Source: an uncultured delta proteobacterium (lineage in GTDB: Bacteria > Myxococcota > Myxococcia > Myxococcales > Myxococcaceae). From it: 64,000 nt of DNA. The DNA lies in the NCBI GenBank assembly GCA_963776345.1, contig CAVZMH010000022.1:224001-288000 (forward strand), given 5' to 3'. The position numbers and the translations under genes were made by a program. Below, piece by piece: positions 58,676-64,000 of the stretch. The notes beneath the pieces were generated by a model that saw only the letters and a program-made list of their open reading frames with translations, had not been told where the DNA came from and made no database searches. Position 1 is the first letter of the stretch. Every line of letters begins with the position of its first letter.

Positions 58676-59524
58676 CTACCTGAACAGCGTGAGATGGATG
58701 CGGCGGTTCAAGGCGCGGTCCTCCGCGGTGCGCTCGGGCACCAGCGGGCGCGAGCTTCCGAAGCCGGTGGTCTCGATGCGCGCCGCCGCCACGCCGCGCC
58801 TCACCAGGGCTGCCTTCACCGTCTCCGCCCGCCGCTCGCTCAGCGCCTGGTTCTCCTCGACCGTCCCCGAGGCGTCGGTGTGCCCCTCGATGCGCACCCG
58901 AACCTCCGGGTCCTTCTCCAGGATTCCGCCGATCGCCCGCAGCACCCGGAAGCTCGAGGGCAGGAGCGCCGCGCTCCCACTCGCGAACTCGATGACCGTC
59001 CCGCCGAGCAGGGTGTCCACCTCCTGCTGCAGCGGCTCGGGCCTCGTGGCGACGGTGACCTGCGTCACCACGTGCATCCCGCCGGAGGACGCCTCGACCC
59101 GCCGCTCCAGCGTCTCCTTGCTGGCGGAATCGGGCACCTCGGCCACGAGCTGCACCTGTCCTGCGCCGACGTGCAGCTCGCGCCCGGAAGGAAAGAAGGT
59201 CCCCACCAGCGGACCGAGCCGGTCGGCCAGCGGACCCACCTCCGGGCTGTCGATCAGCCGGTCGACGACGCGCGTTCCCTCGGCGGCCCTTTGCAGCTCG
59301 GCCACCACCCGCGCGTGCTCCTCGCCCGGGCGAACGACTCCCGAGAGGAGGATGTCGTCGCCGCTCCGGGCGACGCTCACCTGCGCCGGGCCCGGGGTGG
59401 GCGCCGGGACCGCCGCCGCCACCGGCCGGGGAGCGATGAGCCCCCAGTGGCGATCGAGGCAGAGGAGGAAGACCGCACAGAACCCGAGGACACCGAGGAA
59501 CCACACCCGGATGGAGTTGCCCAT
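58676..59524 (-). CDS. BON-like plus OmpA C-terminal domain protein (ArfA/Rv0899-like)
   Basis: N-terminal TM; ILLSGVV..VVDRL; IEGHTD..NQALSERRA..NRRI. Confidence 0.85.
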   Translation of the reverse strand: MGNSIRVWFLGVLGFCAVFLLCLDRHWGLIAPRPVAAAVPAPTPGPAQVSVARSGDDILLSGVVRPGEEHARVVAELQRAAEGTRVVDRLIDSPEVGPLADRLGPLVGTFFPSGRELHVGAGQVQLVAEVPDSASKETLERRVEASSGGMHVVTQVTVATRPEPLQQEVDTLLGGTVIEFASGSAALLPSSFRVLRAIGGILEKDPEVRVRIEGHTDASGTVEENQALSERRAETVKAALVRRGVAAARIETTGFGSSRPLVPERTAEDRALNRRIHLTLFR

Positions 59525-59590
59525 GCGAACCGCTCCTCGGAAGGCGCCTTCCGGGGGAGGTCCTACACCTCTTGGTCGTGGGGGAGATCG

Positions 59591-59648
59591 TGCACCTTGG
59601 TGCCGATCCACGCCGGCCGGGGCGAGGCCATCCTGCACCTTGGTGCCG
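59591..59648. promoter_or_regulatory. Two identical 15-bp sites TGCACCTTGGTGCCG, candidate operators
   Basis: Copies at 59591 and 59634, each with an internal GCACC-TT-GGTGC palindrome, upstream of the OmpA gene. Confidence 0.5.
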
Positions 59649-59672
59649 GTCCGGCCTGCGTCGACGCCTCGC

Positions 59673-60404
59673 TCAGAAGGCGTACCCGAGCCCGCCGAGC
59701 ACCGCCTGCTCTCCGAGGAAGCCGACCTCGACGAAGGCCTCGAGGTGCGCGGGGAGGCTGAAGCTCGAGCCGGCGCTGAGCCGGTAGTGGTAGACGTCGC
59801 TGCCGGTGAACGACTGGCCACCCGGCGCGAACCAGACCGGCCCTCCGAAGAAGGCCACCCCGACGTAGGGCAGCCAGACGTCGAACAGCCGCTTGCCGAG
59901 GATGGCGGACGCCCGGATGTCCGAGGCGGTGAACGTCGGCCGGTCCGCCGGGTCCGACCTCGACTGCGTGCCTGCAACGGCGATGCTCACCGCCGCGCTG
60001 ACCGCGAGGTACGGCCGGGGGCCGGTCCCGTCGAGGAAGGTGTACCCGACCGAGGCGCTGGCGATGACTCCCGGCTTCAGGTCGTAGTTGCCGAGCGGCC
60101 CCTCCAGGCTCCCGGCGACGATCGCCCCGAGCGAGACCTGGAAGGAGAGCGCGGAGGGCCGGTAGGTGAACGCCACTGCCGCGCTGGCCTGTTCCAGCCG
60201 CTGGCGGTTTCCGTCGAATGTGAGATCGGTGCGCAGGCCGCCGCCGGTGAGCGCGAGCTGGAACCGCCGCTCCTCGTCGAGCGCCGCGCCGCAGGTGCCC
60301 GTGAGACCCACGGGCGGCGCCACGCCTCAGGCCCGTGCGGGCGGCGGACGCCAGAGCAGGGCGAGGACACAGCCGGAGGCGACGACTCGGAGTGCTCGAT
60401 GCAT
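59673..60404 (-). CDS. Candidate selenoprotein: outer-membrane beta-barrel with Sec (in-frame TGA, codon 26)
   Basis: MHRALRVVASGCVLALLWRPPPARA-TGA-GVAPPVGLTGTCG... is one frame through to ...VLGGLGYAF; SECIS-like hairpin follows the TGA. Confidence 0.75.
60297..60329 (-). promoter_or_regulatory. Bacterial SECIS-like element
   Basis: UGA + 11 nt (GGCGUGGCGCC) + stem GCCCGUG / loop GGUCU / CACGGGC. Confidence 0.72.
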
Positions 60405-60488
60405 CGACGGGTCGGACCTAGTCCCTCCGGGATGGATGCGCCAGCGCCGCCTCAACCTGTGGGTCGCTCCGGTGTTCCTCGCCCCGAC

Positions 60489-61010
60489 GTGCGCTTCGCC
60501 CTCCTCATCGCAGCCATCGCGATCGCCTGTGCCTCGGCGCCGACGACCGCACCGCGCGCCGTCGCCCAGCCTGCCGACCTGCCTCGATCGTCCATCGCCG
60601 CGGTCCTCCTCCACCGCGAGGAGCTGCGCTTGACCGCGACGCAGGTGGATGCGCTCGGGCGGCGCGACGAGGAGCTCCAGCGCGAGGACGCAGCCCTCCG
60701 GGCGCGACTCGCCGCGGGCTCCGAGGTGCCGGCGGCGGCTCCGCAGGCGTCGATGACGGGCGCGGGCCGGGGTGGCCGTCACGGCGGGCGGCGCCCGTCC
60801 ACCCAGGCGCATGCCCCGGATCTCCTCACCCGACTCGACGACGACGACACCCGGGCGTACCTCGAGGTGGAGGCGCAGGTGCTCACCGAGCAGCAGCGGC
60901 CCCGGGCGCAGCAGATCGCCTCGCAGTACCGCGAGGCCCTCTACGACCGGCAGCATCCATCCCGCACCCCAAGGGAAGGTGCGGCGGACGCGGGCTGGCC
61001 CGGGGGATGA
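60489..61010 (+). CDS. Helical lipoprotein, Spy/CpxP-like
   Basis: AIA-C lipobox; REELRLTATQVDAL and VLTEQQR (LTxxQ motifs). Confidence 0.65.
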   Translation: MRFALLIAAIAIACASAPTTAPRAVAQPADLPRSSIAAVLLHREELRLTATQVDALGRRDEELQREDAALRARLAAGSEVPAAAPQASMTGAGRGGRHGGRRPSTQAHAPDLLTRLDDDDTRAYLEVEAQVLTEQQRPRAQQIASQYREALYDRQHPSRTPREGAADAGWPGG

Positions 61011-61321
61011 CCTCGGACGGCAGGAGCCACGCGATTGCGCCGGGCCCACTCCGGTCGAGGCGCGTTAACCGCTGGCCGGCGCAGGTGTTTGCCCGCGTGC
61101 AGACGGCCGGAAAGCATTCCCGGTCACGACGCCCGCCACGGTGCCATCGCCCCCCCACCGCGCGCGGGCGTTTCTTTGCCTCGACCCGGCGGCGGACCCT
61201 CGCTCGCCTCCCGGAAACGAACCCGCCTCCGGAGCTCAGCGCTTCTTGCTCGTCGCCGCGCACGCCGCGAGAGCTTCCAGCGCCTGCGTCCGAACGGGAT
61301 GGCGTAGCATCGCCGGCCCCA

Positions 61322-61684
61322 GTGCAGACCGCCCTCCTCGTCCTCCTCGCCGGGCTGATGATCTCCGCGGGCGTCATGCACTTCGTGACCCCCGGGGTCT
61401 TCATCCGCATCGTCCCCCGCTGGCTCCCGGCCCCGGCCGCCCTGGTGGCCATCAGCGGCGCCTGCGAGCTCCTCGGCGGCGTGGGGCTCCTGGTCCCCGG
61501 GACGCGGCGCTGGGCGGCCTGGGGACTGGTCGCGCTCCTGATCGCGGTGTTCCCGGCCAACGTGAACATGGCCCTCAACCGCCTCTCCTTCGGGCGGCAC
61601 CCGGTCCCGACCTGGATGCTCTGGGCACGGCTTCCGCTCCAGGCGGTGCTGGTCGCCTGGGCCTGGAGCTTCACCCGGCCCTGA
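61322..61684 (+). CDS. DoxX-like membrane protein
   Basis: AGVMHF..P..F..IVP; SGACELLGG; AVFPANV; RLPLQ. Confidence 0.85.
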   Translation: MQTALLVLLAGLMISAGVMHFVTPGVFIRIVPRWLPAPAALVAISGACELLGGVGLLVPGTRRWAAWGLVALLIAVFPANVNMALNRLSFGRHPVPTWMLWARLPLQAVLVAWAWSFTRP

Positions 61685-61739
61685 CCCCAGCCTTAGCTGG
61701 TCATCGGCTTCGCCGCGGGGCTCTCGGTGCGCCGGGCGG

Positions 61740-61908
61740 ATCCGACATCTCCGACCTCTTCCGGAACCCGCGAGTCCGGCCCGAGCAGAGGGCGCTCTGG
61801 GCCGTGGTGCTCTTCCTCGGCAACATCATCGCGATGCCGGTCTACTGGTCCCTCTACATCTGGAGAGAGCCCGCGCCCGGGCTCCCCTCCCGCGACGCCG
61901 AGCGCTGA
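61740..61908 (+). pseudogene. Fragment of a small membrane protein (PLDc_N-like)
   Basis: DLFRNPRVRPEQRALWAVVLFLGNIIAMPVYW; no convincing start. Confidence 0.5.
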
Positions 61909-61950
61909 GCGCGGCTGAGTGGCCTCTTCCTCACCGCGGAGGGTGATCTG

Positions 61951-62085
61951 ATGACCCTCCGGATCCACCGCGTCTCCGAGCTGCGTGACCTGCTCAGGAA
62001 GGGGCCCGGGCACCAGCTCTCGGTCTCCGTCGAGCAGGACGGGCGCCAGGCGACCTTCCGCATCAAGATCCGTCCGCTGCTGTAG
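61951..62085 (+). pseudogene. Short ORF resembling the C-terminal half of a PDZ domain
   Basis: SELRDLLRKGPGHQLSVSVEQDGRQATFRIKIRPLL*. Confidence 0.4.
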
Positions 62086-62089
62086 AGCG

Positions 62090-63157
62090 TCAGGGCACCA
62101 TTGAGAGGAAGAGAAAGGCGGCGAACACCACCAGCTGCACCGCTCCCTGCATGATGCTTGTGCGCCCCGGGCCGAGCGTGACCGCGCCGACGATGAAGGT
62201 CAGGCCGAGCAGGACCAGGTCCTTCGGCTGGAGGCCCAGGACGACCGGGAGGTGGAACAGTTGCGAGGTGGCGACCACCGCGGGGATGGTGAGGCCGATG
62301 GTGGCCAGCGCCGAGCCGAGGGCGAGATTCATGCTGGTCTGGAGGCGGTCGGCCCGGGCGGCGCGGACCGCGGCCACCGTCTCGGGGAGCAGCACCAGCA
62401 GGGCGATGGCGATGCCGATGACCGCATCCGGGGCCCCCGCGGCGCGGACCAGCGCCTCGATGCGCGGCGAGAGCACCTTCGCCAGGCCCACCACGCCGAC
62501 CAGCGACACCAGCAGCAGCCCGAGACTGGTCCACGCCGCCAGCGCCGTGGGGGGCGGAAGGTGGACGTCGTCGCCCGCGGCCGCGCTGGTCGGGAGGAAG
62601 TAGTCGCGGTGCCTGACGGTCTGCACGAAGACGAAGACGCCCCATAGGACAAGCGAGGCGAGCCCGGCGAAGAGCAGCTGCGCGGGGGTGTAGGCCGGGC
62701 CAGGCGCGCTGGTGGTGAAGCCGGGGAGCACCAGCGCCAGGGTGGAGAGCGCCACCAGCGCGGCGAAGGCGGGCCCGGCGCCCTCGATGCGGAACGACTG
62801 CTCGCGGTGGCGAATGCCCCCGATGAGGATGCACAGGCCGATGACCCCGTTGCAGATGATCATCACCGCCGCGTAGATGGTGTCGCGGGCCAGGGCGGCC
62901 TTGGCCGGTCCGCCGGCGAGCATCATCGAGACGATGAGCGAGGTCTCGATGACCGTCACCGCCAGGGCGAGGATCAGCGTCCCGAGCGGCTCGCCGACCT
63001 TGTGCGCCACCACCTCGGCGTGGTGGACGGCGGCGAGCACCGCGCCCACCAGCGCCAGGCCGCACACCGCGGCGAGCACTCCTCCAGGAGGAAACGCCGT
63101 GGCGACCCCGAGCAGGGCGGCGGCGAGCAGCGGGGCGATGGTCGACCAGTGCTTCAT
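62090..63157 (-). CDS. chaA: Ca2+/H+ (Na+/H+) antiporter, ChaA family
   Basis: AVHHAEVVAHKVGEPLGTLILALAVTVIE; LLPE..AA; NLALGSALATIGLTIP. Confidence 0.9.
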   Translation of the reverse strand: MKHWSTIAPLLAAALLGVATAFPPGGVLAAVCGLALVGAVLAAVHHAEVVAHKVGEPLGTLILALAVTVIETSLIVSMMLAGGPAKAALARDTIYAAVMIICNGVIGLCILIGGIRHREQSFRIEGAGPAFAALVALSTLALVLPGFTTSAPGPAYTPAQLLFAGLASLVLWGVFVFVQTVRHRDYFLPTSAAAGDDVHLPPPTALAAWTSLGLLLVSLVGVVGLAKVLSPRIEALVRAAGAPDAVIGIAIALLVLLPETVAAVRAARADRLQTSMNLALGSALATIGLTIPAVVATSQLFHLPVVLGLQPKDLVLLGLTFIVGAVTLGPGRTSIMQGAVQLVVFAAFLFLSMVP

Positions 63158-63235
63158 CGGGCTCCCGAGGAAAGCGGCGTCGGAGGGCCCGCCAAGCTAC
63201 CTCAGCTCACGGCCCGATCGTGCTCCCCGTGAGCG

Positions 63236-63913
63236 CTAGCGCCCGCAGACGAAGGCGCTCAGCGTGCTGCTCGCGTTCGCGGGGAGCGCCGTCCGCGCCA
63301 CGTTCAGCACCATGGCCAGGAAGGTGTAGTAACCGCAGACGCCCACCAGGTCGATGACCCCCTGCTCGCCGAAGCGGCGCACCGCGGCCGCGTAGGTCGG
63401 GTCCGAGACGGCCTGGTTGTGCAGGAGCTCGTGCGCGAAATCGAGCACCAGCTGCTCGTCCGCGTCCAGCTTCGCCGGGCGGCGGCCCTCGGCGACGGCG
63501 GCGGCGACCTCGGGCGAGAGCCCCGCCTTCAGCGCGATGGGCTGGTGCACCGCCCACTCGTAGCGCTGCGTCCAGTGCCGGGCGGTGAGCAGGATGGCGA
63601 GCTCGTTCAGCTTCGGTGGGAGGGTGCTCTGGTAGCGCAGGTAGTCCCCCATGGCCTTCGCCCGCAGCATCACCTCGGGGCTGCGCAGCAGGGGGACGAA
63701 GGGGCCGAACACGGGGACGTTGCGCCCGGCGAGGAACTCGGCCGAGGCCTTCTTCTGTGCCTCCGTGTGCCGGGCGGCGGGAATCTCCGGCATCCGGTCG
63801 GGGCATGCCTCCGACGGCGGAGCTGCGGTCCCTCCGTCCTTTCCCGCGGCCTCCACTCGGGCGGCGGCGAGTGCGACTCCGGTTCCCAGCAGCGCTCTTC
63901 TCGACAGCGACAT
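63236..63913 (-). CDS. Carboxymuconolactone decarboxylase/AhpD-like protein with Tat signal
   Basis: SRRALL signal; GPFVPLLRSP; ELAILLTAR..YEWAVH; GYYT. Confidence 0.85.
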   Translation of the reverse strand: MSLSRRALLGTGVALAAARVEAAGKDGGTAAPPSEACPDRMPEIPAARHTEAQKKASAEFLAGRNVPVFGPFVPLLRSPEVMLRAKAMGDYLRYQSTLPPKLNELAILLTARHWTQRYEWAVHQPIALKAGLSPEVAAAVAEGRRPAKLDADEQLVLDFAHELLHNQAVSDPTYAAAVRRFGEQGVIDLVGVCGYYTFLAMVLNVARTALPANASSTLSAFVCGR

Positions 63914-64000
63914 GGGCAGTCCCTCCGTGGGCTGGACGTCGGAGGTCCGGACCCTACCGTCCCGGAGGCCCACGGGCCGGTCGCCATCGAGTGGCGGCTG

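Overview
Very GC-rich bacterial DNA. Gene content and synteny (exbD-exbD-exbB-tonB divergent from an oar-like receptor plus lipoprotein, ftsK, gatCAB, rplU-rpmA-obgE, lolA, rimO, rnj) point to a myxobacterium (Myxococcales); this placement is an inference. About 1-37 kb is mostly conserved backbone with small accessory insertions: two methyltransferases bounded by palindromes, and a sigma-54 activator with a ferritin-like target. About 37-64 kb is an accessory patchwork with a multidomain Ser/Thr kinase, an sxtIJK-like carbamoyltransferase cassette, DUF2252, a molybdopterin oxidoreductase, an ArfA-like BON-OmpA operon and gene remnants. Many genes, including essential obgE, carry apparent frameshifts, most likely assembly indel errors. 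The best finding is a hidden minus-strand gene at 59673-60404 that the ORF track splits in two. It has a signal peptide, an in-frame TGA at the first mature residue, a bacterial SECIS-like hairpin 11 nt downstream, and a beta-barrel-like body ending in GYAF, making it a candidate selenocysteine-containing outer-membrane protein. No rRNA, tRNA, CRISPR array or transposase was recognised.
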